This document shows, one piece after another, positions 33,001-42,241 of a stretch of DNA of 48,970 nt (positions are counted from its first letter, which is position 1; each line of letters opens with the position of its first letter). Source of the stretch: Minisyncoccota bacterium (GTDB taxonomy: Bacteria; Patescibacteriota; Minisyncoccia; Phycocordibacterales; UBA12079). The position numbers and the translations under genes are program-made. The notes beneath the pieces are model-generated. The model did not search any database, was not told the origin of the DNA, and saw nothing but the letters and a program-made list of their open reading frames with translations. The stretch is taken from positions 1 through 48,970 of the forward strand of contig JAQTWD010000002.1 in NCBI GenBank assembly GCA_028689435.1. Direction: 5' to 3'.

Positions 33001-34140
33001 ATGGCCATCAAAACCCCTAAAAAAAGATTAGACAAAGCCGACGAGATTGCACTTCACCACGGTTTTAGATTTGAAGAAATCCCAACCACCTATACAAACA
33101 AAAATGCCTTACTTCATCCAGAAGAAAAACATCATGTGTTAAAAACTTATGGAAAGATGAGTGGCAAAAGTGCAAATCCACAACCACTAATGCTTTATTT
33201 TGATCGTCCTATTTTGATAAACAAAAAACAAACTCCGAATCTAAAAACCCACAAAATATTAAGTCTTGATATTATAGGTATCCATGGCAGTATTGCCGAA
33301 GCAATGCTTATAAACACAGCGTCAAAAATTTTAAACGAAGAAGGTTATAAAAACTTTTTTATAGACATAAACTGCACAGGTGATAAAGATTCTTTAAACA
33401 AATTTATTGAAGAAGTAGGCAACTATTACAAAAAACACTCTGGTTCTTTTAATTGTAGTTGTAAATACAAGATTGATAAGAAAAATTTCCTAGCGACTTC
33501 TTGCGAAAATGAAAACTGCAGAGAATTGATAGAGAATGCTCCGCGACCAATAAACTACTTAACAGAAAAAAGCCGTCAACACTTTAAAGAAGTCTTGGAA
33601 TATTTGGAAGATATGAGTATTCCATACAGAATCAACAGCGATCTTGTTGTGGAAGACAATCACTATTCAAAAACTGTTTTTGAGATCAAAACATTGGGAG
33701 ATGATTCTACAGAATTAATTCTGGCGAGAGGAGGAAGATACGATGATGTGGTAAACAAAATCATCGGAAAAAGAAATCTACCCGCAGTTGGTCTCTCTAT
33801 GATCTACAAAAAAAATGGATTCACTCCTGCTTATTCAAACAAAATAAACACTCCTCAGATATTTTTGATTCAATTTGGATTCAAGGCAAGACTAAAAAGT
33901 TTTGAGGTAATTGATATTTTAAGGAAACAAAAAATTACAGTTCATCAAAAACTATACAAAAACAAACTAAGCGATCAATTTATCAGCGCAAAAAAGACAC
34001 GGGTACCTTATATGATAATAATCGGTCAAAAAGAAGCGCTGGAAGACGAAGTTATTTTCAAAAACACAATTAATGTTTCTTATGAAATTGTAAAAATAAA
34101 TAAACTTCCTCAATATTTGAAAAAAATAAAATTTGTTTAG
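33001..34140 (+). CDS. histidyl-tRNA synthetase-like protein with degenerate catalytic motifs
   Basis: HisRS-like core (ARGGRYDDVV motif 3, PAVGLSM) and an anticodon-binding-like C-terminus. The N-terminus is short and motif 2 is not recognisable. Confidence 0.55.
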   Translation: MAIKTPKKRLDKADEIALHHGFRFEEIPTTYTNKNALLHPEEKHHVLKTYGKMSGKSANPQPLMLYFDRPILINKKQTPNLKTHKILSLDIIGIHGSIAEAMLINTASKILNEEGYKNFFIDINCTGDKDSLNKFIEEVGNYYKKHSGSFNCSCKYKIDKKNFLATSCENENCRELIENAPRPINYLTEKSRQHFKEVLEYLEDMSIPYRINSDLVVEDNHYSKTVFEIKTLGDDSTELILARGGRYDDVVNKIIGKRNLPAVGLSMIYKKNGFTPAYSNKINTPQIFLIQFGFKARLKSFEVIDILRKQKITVHQKLYKNKLSDQFISAKKTRVPYMIIIGQKEALEDEVIFKNTINVSYEIVKINKLPQYLKKIKFV

Positions 34141-34156
34141 ACATTACCAATACATC

Positions 34157-34184
34157 TTGACAGTAATAAATTTAAATGTATACT
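34157..34184 (+). promoter_or_regulatory. promoter of a short G+C-richer transcript upstream of rpsU
   Basis: TTGACA, 16-nt spacer, TATACT. Confidence 0.5.
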
Positions 34185-34190
34185 ATTAGT

Positions 34191-34288
34191 GTAATCGCTT
34201 GGGCATGGGCTTCCCTCCCAATCAAGCAAGAAAACTCCCAACCGATTACCCCTTCTTTCGACGCCTTCCCTCTGGGAAGGCGTTTTTT
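34191..34288 (+). ncRNA. candidate ~100-nt small RNA or terminated leader
   Basis: Bounded by the promoter above and by the hairpin GACGCCTTCCC-TCT-GGGAAGGCGT plus T-tract. C-rich CCUCCC / CUCCCA / CUUCCCUC tracts. No ORF. Confidence 0.4.
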
Positions 34289-34290
34289 CT

Positions 34291-34319
34291 TTGCATAAAA
34301 AAATAAATTATGTTATTCT
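34291..34319 (+). promoter_or_regulatory. promoter consistent with a leaderless rpsU mRNA
   Basis: TTGCAT, 17-nt spacer, TATTCT. The -10 ends 7 nt before ATG 34327. Confidence 0.4.
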
Positions 34320-34326
34320 AACAGCC

Positions 34327-34557
34327 ATGATAAACATCGAGTTAACAAAGAATAATAACGAAAATAACCTTGGTTTGATTAGAAGATTCAGCAAGAAAGT
34401 AAAGAGTTCTGGAATCATCGCTAGAGTGCGTTCTATCCGATACCACCAAAGAGATGAATCAAAATACACAAGAAAAAAGAGGGCTCTCAAATCAATCGCA
34501 AGAAAGGCTGAGATTGAACAAATGATTAAAATGGGGAAAGTTCCCACAAAGAAGTAA
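34327..34557 (+). CDS. rpsU: 30S ribosomal protein S21
   Basis: LGLIRRFSKKVKSSGIIARVRSIRYHQRDESKYTRKKRA resembles S21. Start set at MINIEL. Confidence 0.8.
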   Translation: MINIELTKNNNENNLGLIRRFSKKVKSSGIIARVRSIRYHQRDESKYTRKKRALKSIARKAEIEQMIKMGKVPTKK

Positions 34558-34561
34558 AACT

Positions 34562-34954
34562 TTGAAAAAATCAGAAGAAACAATCAGTATAAAAAACCAA
34601 ACAAAAGGCAAGCTCCCCAGCTTGCCTTTTGAAAATATCAAAAATAAGGCACTGGGTAAAAAATATGAATTAAGTTTGGTCTTTATTGGAGACAAATTGT
34701 CAAAAAGATTAAATACACAATATCGAGGGAAAAATAAACCAACAAATATTTTAAGCTTTCCTCTTTCAAAAGACTCTGGAGAAATTTTTATAAATTATAA
34801 ACTGGCCGAAAAACAAGCTAAAAAATACGAGAGAAAATTTTCCGATTTTATAGGATTTTTGTTTATACACGGACTTATGCATTTGAAAGGTTTTGAACAT
34901 AGTAGTAGAATGGAGAAACAAGAAGATAAAATTAGAAAATTCTTCAATCTTTAA
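34562..34954 (+). CDS. ybeY: rRNA maturation endoribonuclease YbeY
   Basis: FIHGLMHLKGFEH zinc-binding motif. TNILSFP. Non-ATG start taken from the ORF track. Confidence 0.8.
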   Translation: MKKSEETISIKNQTKGKLPSLPFENIKNKALGKKYELSLVFIGDKLSKRLNTQYRGKNKPTNILSFPLSKDSGEIFINYKLAEKQAKKYERKFSDFIGFLFIHGLMHLKGFEHSSRMEKQEDKIRKFFNL

Positions 34955-35008
34955 TTTTTGAAAAAAATAATTTTCTAATTTGATATTATTAATTATTGTT
35001 TTTTAAAA

Positions 35009-36175
35009 GTGGCTAAAAAAATTTCAGTAGGAATAGACATCGGAACACACCAAATAAAGGTGGTTGTTGCTGAATTGATAAAAGAAAAATCAAAAGATAT
35101 CCCAAGAATTATTGGAAGAGGTTCTTCTGAATCAAAAGGTCTTCGTCATGGTTATATAATAAACCAAGGTGATGTATCAAAAAGCCTAGAAAGAGCTGTT
35201 AAACAAGCAGAAAGATCGGCAGGTGTAAAAATCAAAAAAGCATACCTATCTATTGGAGGAGTTTCTCTAGAAGGAATCACTACTGTTGGTTCTACTATCT
35301 CAACAAAAGGAGACTATGAAATAACAGATTTAGATATACAAAAAGCAATTCGTTCAGCAGAAAATAATGTCCCGCTTTTAAACAAGAGAATCATTCATCG
35401 TGTTCCCCTTTCATATAAAATAGACGGGCAAAAAGTTTTTGGCAGACCACAAGGAATAAAGGGGAAAAAAATGGAGGCAGAGGTTTTATTTATTACTTAT
35501 CTAAAACAACATTTAGAAGATTTGATAAATGCAGTTGAAGAAATCGGCATTGAAGTAGAAGACATCGTCGCTGCTCCAATCGCTGCGGGAATTGTGACCC
35601 TAACTAAATCTCAAAAAATGCCTGGCTGTGTTTTAGCAAATTTGGGATCAGAAACAGTTTCAATAATAGTTTACGAAAACAACACTCCTATTTCTTTAGA
35701 AATATTCCCTATTGGTTCAACCAACATAACAAACGATATTGCTTTGGGTTTAAAAATCTCTCTGGAAGAAGCAGAAAAAATCAAAACTGGGGCAATCAGC
35801 AACGCGTCCTATCCAAAAAAGAAACTGGACGATATCATTTTTTCAAGACTAGCAGGTATTTTTCAACTAATTGAGGCTCATCTTAAAAAAATCGGTAGAA
35901 ATGGGTTATTACCAGGAGGTATTATTTTGACAGGAGGAGGGTCTGGTATCACCACCATAGAAGACATAGCAAGAGCATATTTGAAATTGCCCTCAAAAGT
36001 TGCTTCTATCAACCTAATTACCAATACAAATGCAAAAATAAAAGATTCTACTTGGACTGTCGCCTATGGATTGTGTGTCTTGGGATTAAATTCAAAAGAT
36101 GAGGGAGGAATTTATCGCGGTTTCAAGAACATAAAAGAAAAATTGTTTGGGTGGCTTCGAATGTTTTCAATATAA
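35009..36175 (+). CDS. ftsA: cell division protein FtsA
   Basis: Actin-like ATPase: VGIDIGTHQIKVVV, GGVSLEG, LTGGGSGI. Upstream of ftsZ. GTG start. Confidence 0.85.
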   Translation: MAKKISVGIDIGTHQIKVVVAELIKEKSKDIPRIIGRGSSESKGLRHGYIINQGDVSKSLERAVKQAERSAGVKIKKAYLSIGGVSLEGITTVGSTISTKGDYEITDLDIQKAIRSAENNVPLLNKRIIHRVPLSYKIDGQKVFGRPQGIKGKKMEAEVLFITYLKQHLEDLINAVEEIGIEVEDIVAAPIAAGIVTLTKSQKMPGCVLANLGSETVSIIVYENNTPISLEIFPIGSTNITNDIALGLKISLEEAEKIKTGAISNASYPKKKLDDIIFSRLAGIFQLIEAHLKKIGRNGLLPGGIILTGGGSGITTIEDIARAYLKLPSKVASINLITNTNAKIKDSTWTVAYGLCVLGLNSKDEGGIYRGFKNIKEKLFGWLRMFSI

Positions 36176-36193
36176 TTGCAATTATATTATTTA

Positions 36194-36243
36194 AAATACA
36201 ATCTTAAAATTCTGACGACCGTCAGAATTTTAAGATTGTATTT
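36194..36243. terminator. 24-bp perfect hairpin after ftsA (member of the CGRYCG-centred hairpin family)
   Basis: AAATACAATCTTAAAATTCTGACG-AC-CGTCAGAATTTTAAGATTGTATTT. Confidence 0.75.
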
Positions 36244-36340
36244 CTAATAAACCTCATTTCATATATTGACATAAATAATATATGATTTTATTATTCCACT
36301 CTCCTCTATTTTAGCTTGTTTTTACAGGGTTTTTACTCTA

Positions 36341-36369
36341 TTGACACTTGCATCATATAGTTATATAAT
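36341..36369 (+). promoter_or_regulatory. promoter of the 61-aa G+C-rich gene
   Basis: TTGACA, 17-nt spacer, TATAAT. Confidence 0.55.
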
Positions 36370-36431
36370 AATATAAGAATAAGGTTGTCTATGGGAGGAC
36401 AACCTAAAAAAATTGAAAGAAGGAGAAAACC

Positions 36432-36617
36432 ATGACTTTCCAGACAGAAAACGGTCGTAAATACGACCTGAAAGAAGTAGCCGTTGTCCGCAGGGACGAC
36501 AAACGTGGCTGGAACATCACCCATCCCAACAACGCTCTGATCGTTGTGGGACGGACTTCCGATCTTCTCCAGACTCGTCGCGAGCTGGAAGGAAAAGGAA
36601 TTGATGTCATCATCTAA
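36432..36617 (+). CDS. 61-aa orphan soluble protein (G+C-rich island)
   Basis: AAGGAGAAAACC SD, consensus promoter, and a CCCCCG/CGGGGG terminator plus T-tract at about 36636-36667. No family recognised. Confidence 0.55.
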   Translation: MTFQTENGRKYDLKEVAVVRRDDKRGWNITHPNNALIVVGRTSDLLQTRRELEGKGIDVII

Positions 36618-36913
36618 TAATCCTCAACCCTTTCACCCCCCGAGCTTCAGCCCGGGGGATTTTTTTTATTTACCCGAGGCCTGCCTACCGGCAGGCAGGT
36701 CGGACCTCGGGTAAAACCTGAAAAAAGACCTTTTTTAATCAATTTTGATTTTGCTTTTCTTTTTGGTATTATAATAAGGACTTTTACAAACGGTTAAAAC
36801 AGCTCGCTTTCCATGAAAGTATTGTTGTTTTTGATATTTTATAAGATCTGATTTCATCTTGAAATTTTGAATTGCAATTTTTCATTTTGAGATTTTAATT
36901 TTTAATTTTTAAC

Positions 36914-38053
36914 ATGCCAAAAATAAATCCTGAGGTTGAAGCATTCGCCAGAATAAAAGTAATCGGAGTAGGAGGCTCTGGAAAAAACGCAACCAACTAT
37001 ATGATCAAGTCTAAAGTAGACAGGGTTGAGTTTATTGTTATGAACACAGATGCACAAGATTTGCATCACTCTCTTGCCGTCAAAAAAATTCACATTGGAA
37101 AAAATCTAACTCGTGGACTTGGTACAGGAATGAACGCAGACTTGGGACAAAGAGCGGCAGAAGAAACTCGCGAAGAAATTCAAGAGACTTTGAAGGGATC
37201 CGACATGGTGTTTATCACCGGAGGACTTGGCGGAGGAACAGGAACAGGTGCCAGCCCCATAATTGCAAAAATGGCAAAAGAACTTGGTATCCTAACAGTT
37301 GCTGTCGTAACAAAACCATTTTCTTTTGAAGGAAACCAAAGGATGAAATTGGCAGAGGCTGGACTAAACGATTTACAGAGAGCAGTAGATGCTGTGATTA
37401 TTATTCCCAATGATCGTATTTTGAGCATTGCTCCAAAAGGAATGACCGTAGACAGTGCCTTTGCTATGAGCGATGAGGTGTTAAGAGAGGCCGTAGAGGG
37501 CATTTCAGACCTTATTACATCCCCTGGAAGAATCAACGTAGACTTTGCAGACATCAGTGCCATTATGGAAAACTCTGGCTCTGCTCTTATGGGAGTAGGA
37601 AAAGCAACCGGAGAAAAAAGAGCTGAAGAAGCTGCTAAAAAAGCAATCAGCTCTCCCCTATTAGATGTTTCAATTCATGGAGCAAAAGGAGTTTTGTTTA
37701 CGATTGCAGGAGGTGATGATTTGAGAATGGACGAAATTCAAACAGCAGCAAACATTATTACAGAATCAATTGATCCAGATGCAAAAGTAAAATTTGGAAC
37801 AATCAAAGACGACAAATTGAAAAAGAACGAAATAAAAATTACTGTTATTGCAACAGGATTTGGATTGTCCCCTGTCGGAAAAGTAATTGTGGACGATAAA
37901 AAAAATAAAATTTACAATACAATAGGAGCAAAGAAAGAAGAGATTAAAACTCCACAAAAACCAACCAACACAACTTCAACACAACAAGCCCCTGCACAAG
38001 AAGAGGAAGAAGATACTTGGGATGCTATTCCTTCGTTTTTAAGGAGAAAATAA
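36914..38053 (+). CDS. ftsZ: cell division GTPase FtsZ
   Basis: IKVIGVGGSGKNA, GGLGGGTGTGASP (tubulin signature), NVDFADI. Confidence 0.95.
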   Translation: MPKINPEVEAFARIKVIGVGGSGKNATNYMIKSKVDRVEFIVMNTDAQDLHHSLAVKKIHIGKNLTRGLGTGMNADLGQRAAEETREEIQETLKGSDMVFITGGLGGGTGTGASPIIAKMAKELGILTVAVVTKPFSFEGNQRMKLAEAGLNDLQRAVDAVIIIPNDRILSIAPKGMTVDSAFAMSDEVLREAVEGISDLITSPGRINVDFADISAIMENSGSALMGVGKATGEKRAEEAAKKAISSPLLDVSIHGAKGVLFTIAGGDDLRMDEIQTAANIITESIDPDAKVKFGTIKDDKLKKNEIKITVIATGFGLSPVGKVIVDDKKNKIYNTIGAKKEEIKTPQKPTNTTSTQQAPAQEEEEDTWDAIPSFLRRK

Positions 38054-38254
38054 ATAGTAATTCCTCAAAATTTTTATATTTCTTCGTCAATTTAAAGAAA
38101 AAAGTCCTTCGTCGTAACATAAAGTACGCCTTAGGACTTTTTTCTTTATTTCCTCGAACTATATAAAATTTTGAGAAATTACTTTACACGAGATAAATTT
38201 TTACTTATTAAACAAAAACTGTTAAAATTTGAAATTATCTATAAACTAAAAACT

Positions 38255-39181
38255 ATGACATACGAATTGGCAATCATTGGCGGGGGTCCCGCAGGAATCA
38301 GCGCAGGAATATACGCTGCGAGAAAAAAATTAAAAACTGTTCTAATTGCAGACTCTTTTGGTGGACAAAGTATTGTGTCCGATGATATTCAAAACTGGAT
38401 TGGAACAAAATCTATTTCGGGACAAGAGTTATCAAAAAATCTAGAAAATCATTTAAAAGAATACGCTGGAGATATTGTTGATATTAAAGAAGGTGAAAAA
38501 GTAGAATTGGTAAGCGGAAATAAAAATGACGGTTTTGAAATAAAGACAAAAAATAATTCTTACAAAGCAAAGACAGTTTTAATAGCAACAGGAAGTCATC
38601 GAAGAAAGTTGCAGGCTAAAAACGCGGATGTTTTGGAACACCGAGGAATCACCTACTGTGCTACCTGCGACGGCCCTCTGTATGCAGGAAGAGATGTAAT
38701 AGTCATCGGTGGTGGTAACGCTGGATTTGAGACAGCTTCGCAACTTTTAGCGTATGCAAAAAGCGTCACTCTGCTACACAAGAACGGAAAATTTAAGGCG
38801 GATGAAATAACTGTCAAAAAAGTGTCGGAGCACCCAAATTTCAAATTGATATCAAATGCCGAGACAAAAGAAATATTGGGAGAAAAATTTGTTACTGGTT
38901 TGAAATATACAGATATCCACACGGGCGAAGAAAAAGAAATTTCTACTAATGGAATTTTCGTAGAAATCGGAGCAGAACCAACAACAGGATTTGTTTCTGA
39001 ATTAGTCAAATTAAACGACTACAAATCAATCGTCGTTGATCACCAAACACAGAGAACTTCTGCCGAGGGTGTTTGGGCAGCCGGAGACTGCACCGATGGC
39101 CTATACCATCAAAACAATATTGCCTCGGGTGATGCCATAAAAGCACTGGAAGACATCTATATATATCTTAAAACAAAATAA
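38255..39181 (+). CDS. trxB: thioredoxin-disulfide reductase
   Basis: IIGGGPAG, redox-active CATCDG, GGGNAGFE, AAGDC. Start set at MTYELAI. Confidence 0.85.
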   Translation: MTYELAIIGGGPAGISAGIYAARKKLKTVLIADSFGGQSIVSDDIQNWIGTKSISGQELSKNLENHLKEYAGDIVDIKEGEKVELVSGNKNDGFEIKTKNNSYKAKTVLIATGSHRRKLQAKNADVLEHRGITYCATCDGPLYAGRDVIVIGGGNAGFETASQLLAYAKSVTLLHKNGKFKADEITVKKVSEHPNFKLISNAETKEILGEKFVTGLKYTDIHTGEEKEISTNGIFVEIGAEPTTGFVSELVKLNDYKSIVVDHQTQRTSAEGVWAAGDCTDGLYHQNNIASGDAIKALEDIYIYLKTK

Positions 39182-39278
39182 TTTCAATATTATATTGGAT
39201 AAAAACACACAATTTTTCAAACAAAATATTTGTGTGTTTTTTGTTTCTATTTTTTCTTATTTTTCATATAATTTGTAT

Positions 39279-39887
39279 ATGAAAAAATTAGTTGAAAAAC
39301 TCATAAATGAAGGGGTTTTAAAAAATAAATCTATTATTGATTCGTTTATTAAAACCGATAGAAAAGATTTTATTACGTCAGAATATAAAAAAGATGCTTA
39401 TCAAGATATCGCATTATCAATAGGATTTGGACAAACAATATCCCAACCGTTTACAGTCGCTTTTATGTTAGAACTTTTGCAACCAAAATTGGGTGACGAT
39501 ATTCTTGACGTAGGCTCAGGGTCTGGATGGACAACCGCTTTACTTTCTCAAATTGTAGGTGAGAATGGTAAAGTATTTGGTACAGAAATAATTCCTGAGC
39601 TGGTAAAATTTGGGTCAAGTAATTTAAAAAAATTTAATTTTAAAAATACAAAAATAATTCAGTCCAAACCAAATATTATTGGGTTACCCTCCGAAGCCCC
39701 TTTTGACAAAATACTTGTTTCAGCATCTTCTGATACTTTGCCGAAAGAATTTATACACCAATTAAAAATAGGTGGCACAATTGTAATTCCGATAAAAGAA
39801 TCTATTTGGAAAATATCAAAGAAATCAGAAATTGAAATAGAAATAGAAAAATTTGATGGTTTCAAATTTGTTCCCTTAATAAAATAA
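39279..39887 (+). CDS. pcm: protein-L-isoaspartate O-methyltransferase
   Basis: GQTISQPFTVAFMLE and DVGSGSGWTTALL motifs. Start set at MKKLVEK. Confidence 0.8.
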   Translation: MKKLVEKLINEGVLKNKSIIDSFIKTDRKDFITSEYKKDAYQDIALSIGFGQTISQPFTVAFMLELLQPKLGDDILDVGSGSGWTTALLSQIVGENGKVFGTEIIPELVKFGSSNLKKFNFKNTKIIQSKPNIIGLPSEAPFDKILVSASSDTLPKEFIHQLKIGGTIVIPIKESIWKISKKSEIEIEIEKFDGFKFVPLIK

Positions 39888-40068
39888 AAACCCGCCGAAT
39901 GGCGGGTTTTGTGTAAAAAGGCAAACAAAAGAGATGCATGCTGGAGAGTTTCGGCCATGATGGTAACAGCACACTTTCGCCCAATACACTGAAATTAGTA
40001 TAAAGGAGTAAGGTTTAAGGAGCAAGCGTGAAATAGAATTTAGAAACTAGAATTTAGAATTTAAAAAT

Positions 40069-40233
40069 GACGTGGATTGCTTCACTTCGTTCGCAAAGAC
40101 GGCGACGAGACGAACAGCCAAAGGCTGTTCGTGACAGATTTTGCTCCGCAAAATCCGTCTTCGCGAGCGACAGCGAAGCAATCCACGTCGTCTAGTGCTA
40201 TCAGCTATTAGCTATAGGCTATTAGCTTCGTCT
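40069..40233. repeat. left copy of the direct repeat flanking tspO
   Basis: GACGTGGATTGCTTC...CGAAGCAATCCACGTCGTC hairpin followed by CTATCAGCTATTAGCTATAGGCTATTAGCTTCGTCT. Matches 40795-40936 except for a 26-nt hairpin insertion at 40132-40157 and scattered substitutions. Confidence 0.8.
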
Positions 40234-40260
40234 TTGTTATCAGCTATCAGCTTTGTGTTA

Positions 40261-40719
40261 TTAATTAAGTATCAAAATATTGTAGTTCAAAAATCCAGCG
40301 AAACAAATCCACAGCAAATATGGAACAAGTAAATAAACAGACATTTTGTTTATTTTCCAAAATTCCAACATTGTTTTTATGACAGAAAGAATCATTGCCA
40401 AAATAATTATAAAAGACAAAAATAATTCATGAGCCCCAAAGAAAATAATGGACCAGCTAGCATTTAATAAAAGTTGCAAATAAAACCAATTTACTGCTTT
40501 TTTGTTTCCATTATTTTGCCAAATTAAAAATAAAGAAATTCCCATCAAAGTATAGAGGGTCAGCCATACGGGTCCAAAAATCCAACTAGGTGGGTTAAAA
40601 GATGGTTTTGTCAGAGTGCTGTACCAACCATCTATTTGTGGTGTTGTAAAAAATGCTCCTAAAATACCTGCCATGTGACAAATCAAAACAGCAGAGATTA
40701 ATTTAAATATTTTATTCAT
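40261..40719 (-). CDS. tspO: TspO/MBR family tryptophan-rich sensory protein
   Basis: Five TM helices. WYSTLTKPSFNPPSWIFGPVWLTLYTLMG and NASWSIIFFG motifs. Confidence 0.9.
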   Translation of the reverse strand: MNKIFKLISAVLICHMAGILGAFFTTPQIDGWYSTLTKPSFNPPSWIFGPVWLTLYTLMGISLFLIWQNNGNKKAVNWFYLQLLLNASWSIIFFGAHELFLSFIIILAMILSVIKTMLEFWKINKMSVYLLVPYLLWICFAGFLNYNILILN

Positions 40720-40794
40720 AAATAAATTATAACAGATAATTATTGTTTTATATTTCCAAACTCACCCTAATTTAATTATTTTAAATTACGAAAC

Positions 40795-40936
40795 GACGTG
40801 GATTGCTTCGCTAAAGCTCGCAAAGACGGTGATAAGAGACGAACAACCTTCGGTTGTTCGTCTTCGCGAGCGACAGCGAAGCGATCCACATCGTCCGTTA
40901 CTATCAGCTATCGGCTATAAGCTATTAGCTTCGTCT
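40795..40936. repeat. right copy of the direct repeat flanking tspO
   Basis: See 40069-40233. Same order and orientation of the hairpin plus the GCTATCAGCTAT-type tail. Confidence 0.8.
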
Positions 40937-41214
40937 ATGATATTAACTTCGCCTTTGCCACTACCTTTAATAAATTGACCACGAACAAAATAACCTTGAT
41001 ATTATTGGTTTTTTTGATGATTTTACATGAAAATAATGCCAAAAATCATTGACTTTTTATACCGTTCATAGTAGTATATATGCAATATCTTGGCGGTCCT
41101 ATATAGGACTTTTTCTTTTATTATGAAGCTTAGATATTTTGTCATGGAGTTTGCGGACTTCAAATTTTCCAAAAAGACAGATTTAGATTTGGAAAATACA
41201 AAAACCGCGACATT

Positions 41215-41769
41215 ATGGAAAATAAAATAATTAGGTATGTACAGGGGTTAACATTTATTCCTATCTTTTCAATCGTTTCCCCCTTTATGGCTCTTTATCA
41301 GCAAACAATGAGCGCACCACAAGATAAAGCCATCGATCCTTCTGTATCGGCCAATATAGAACGTGCAGAAAAAATAGATGCTTACTTTGCTCAACGAGAT
41401 ATGCCTTTGGAAGGTTACGGGGCAAAAATGGTTGAGGAAGCAGAAAAAAATGATATCGACTGGAGATTGATTCCAGCCATCGCTATCAAAGAATCAACCG
41501 GTGGAAAATTTGCTTGTGGTTATAACCCATTTGGATGGGGATCATGTAGAATAAAATTTGAATCTTGGGAGACAGCGATTGAAACAATCGCTCACAACCT
41601 AGGAGGAAACAACGAAAATACAGCTCATTATTATGAAGGAACAACAACAGAAGAAAAATTGTATCATTACAATGGTTCTGTCATTCCTTCTTACACTGGT
41701 GAAATTCTAAAATTTATGGAACTGATTGAAAAACAAGACGTTTCTAAATTTAAAAACAAAACGAGTTAA
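41215..41769 (+). CDS. putative peptidoglycan hydrolase (glucosaminidase/lysozyme-like domain)
   Basis: N-terminal hydrophobic segment, then IPAIAIKESTGGKFACGYNPFGWGS, which resembles the ESxxG...N.FG glucosaminidase motif. Confidence 0.45.
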   Translation: MENKIIRYVQGLTFIPIFSIVSPFMALYQQTMSAPQDKAIDPSVSANIERAEKIDAYFAQRDMPLEGYGAKMVEEAEKNDIDWRLIPAIAIKESTGGKFACGYNPFGWGSCRIKFESWETAIETIAHNLGGNNENTAHYYEGTTTEEKLYHYNGSVIPSYTGEILKFMELIEKQDVSKFKNKTS

Positions 41770-41810
41770 AAAAACAAAAACCACCGAAAGGTGGTTTTTG
41801 TTTTGATTGT

Positions 41811-42045
41811 GCGGAAGTGGGAGGATTTGGTCACAAGTCACTAAGTTTTTTATTCGTTCTCCGCTACGCTTTGAACTCTAAAAAACTAAGTGCTCGCGAT
41901 CCCGACTCGCCAGTTTGAAAAGTTTTCTTAAAACTTTTCTCTGGCTTCGTCTTTCAAATCTCTCCTCTACAACAATAGCAACTAAAACAAAAACGATGCT
42001 TAGGCATCGTTTTTGTTTTAGTTGTGCGGAAGAGGAGGGATTCGA
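41811..42045 (-). pseudogene. two degenerate tRNA-Ser 3'-end remnants, each preceded by a hairpin
   Basis: GCGGAAGTGGGAGGATT at 41811-41827 is identical to 42241-42257. GCGGAAGAGGAGGGATTCGA at 42026-42045 is a diverged copy. No matching 5' acceptor strands were found. Confidence 0.55.
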
Positions 42046-42241
42046 CCTCCCAGTTCTAAGTAAAAATTTCGTTTCCGCTTTGTTCCAACTCATTTTTACT
42101 AAGAACTCGTAGGCTCGGCGCTCAAATTTTTTCTTCGCTACGCTACGAAAAAATATATTCGCTTTTGTTCGAACCTCCCCCTGTCTTTAGTCAAGACGAC
42201 AATATCCAAATACCAGAAATGGTATTTGGATATTGTCGTTG

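Noticed and set aside
39900-40068. A moderately G+C-rich stretch after the pcm terminator that might hide a gene or an RNA.
   Set aside because: It has no ORF with start signals, no promoter/terminator pair, and no recognisable RNA motif. It is possibly a remnant, but nothing can be supported from the sequence.
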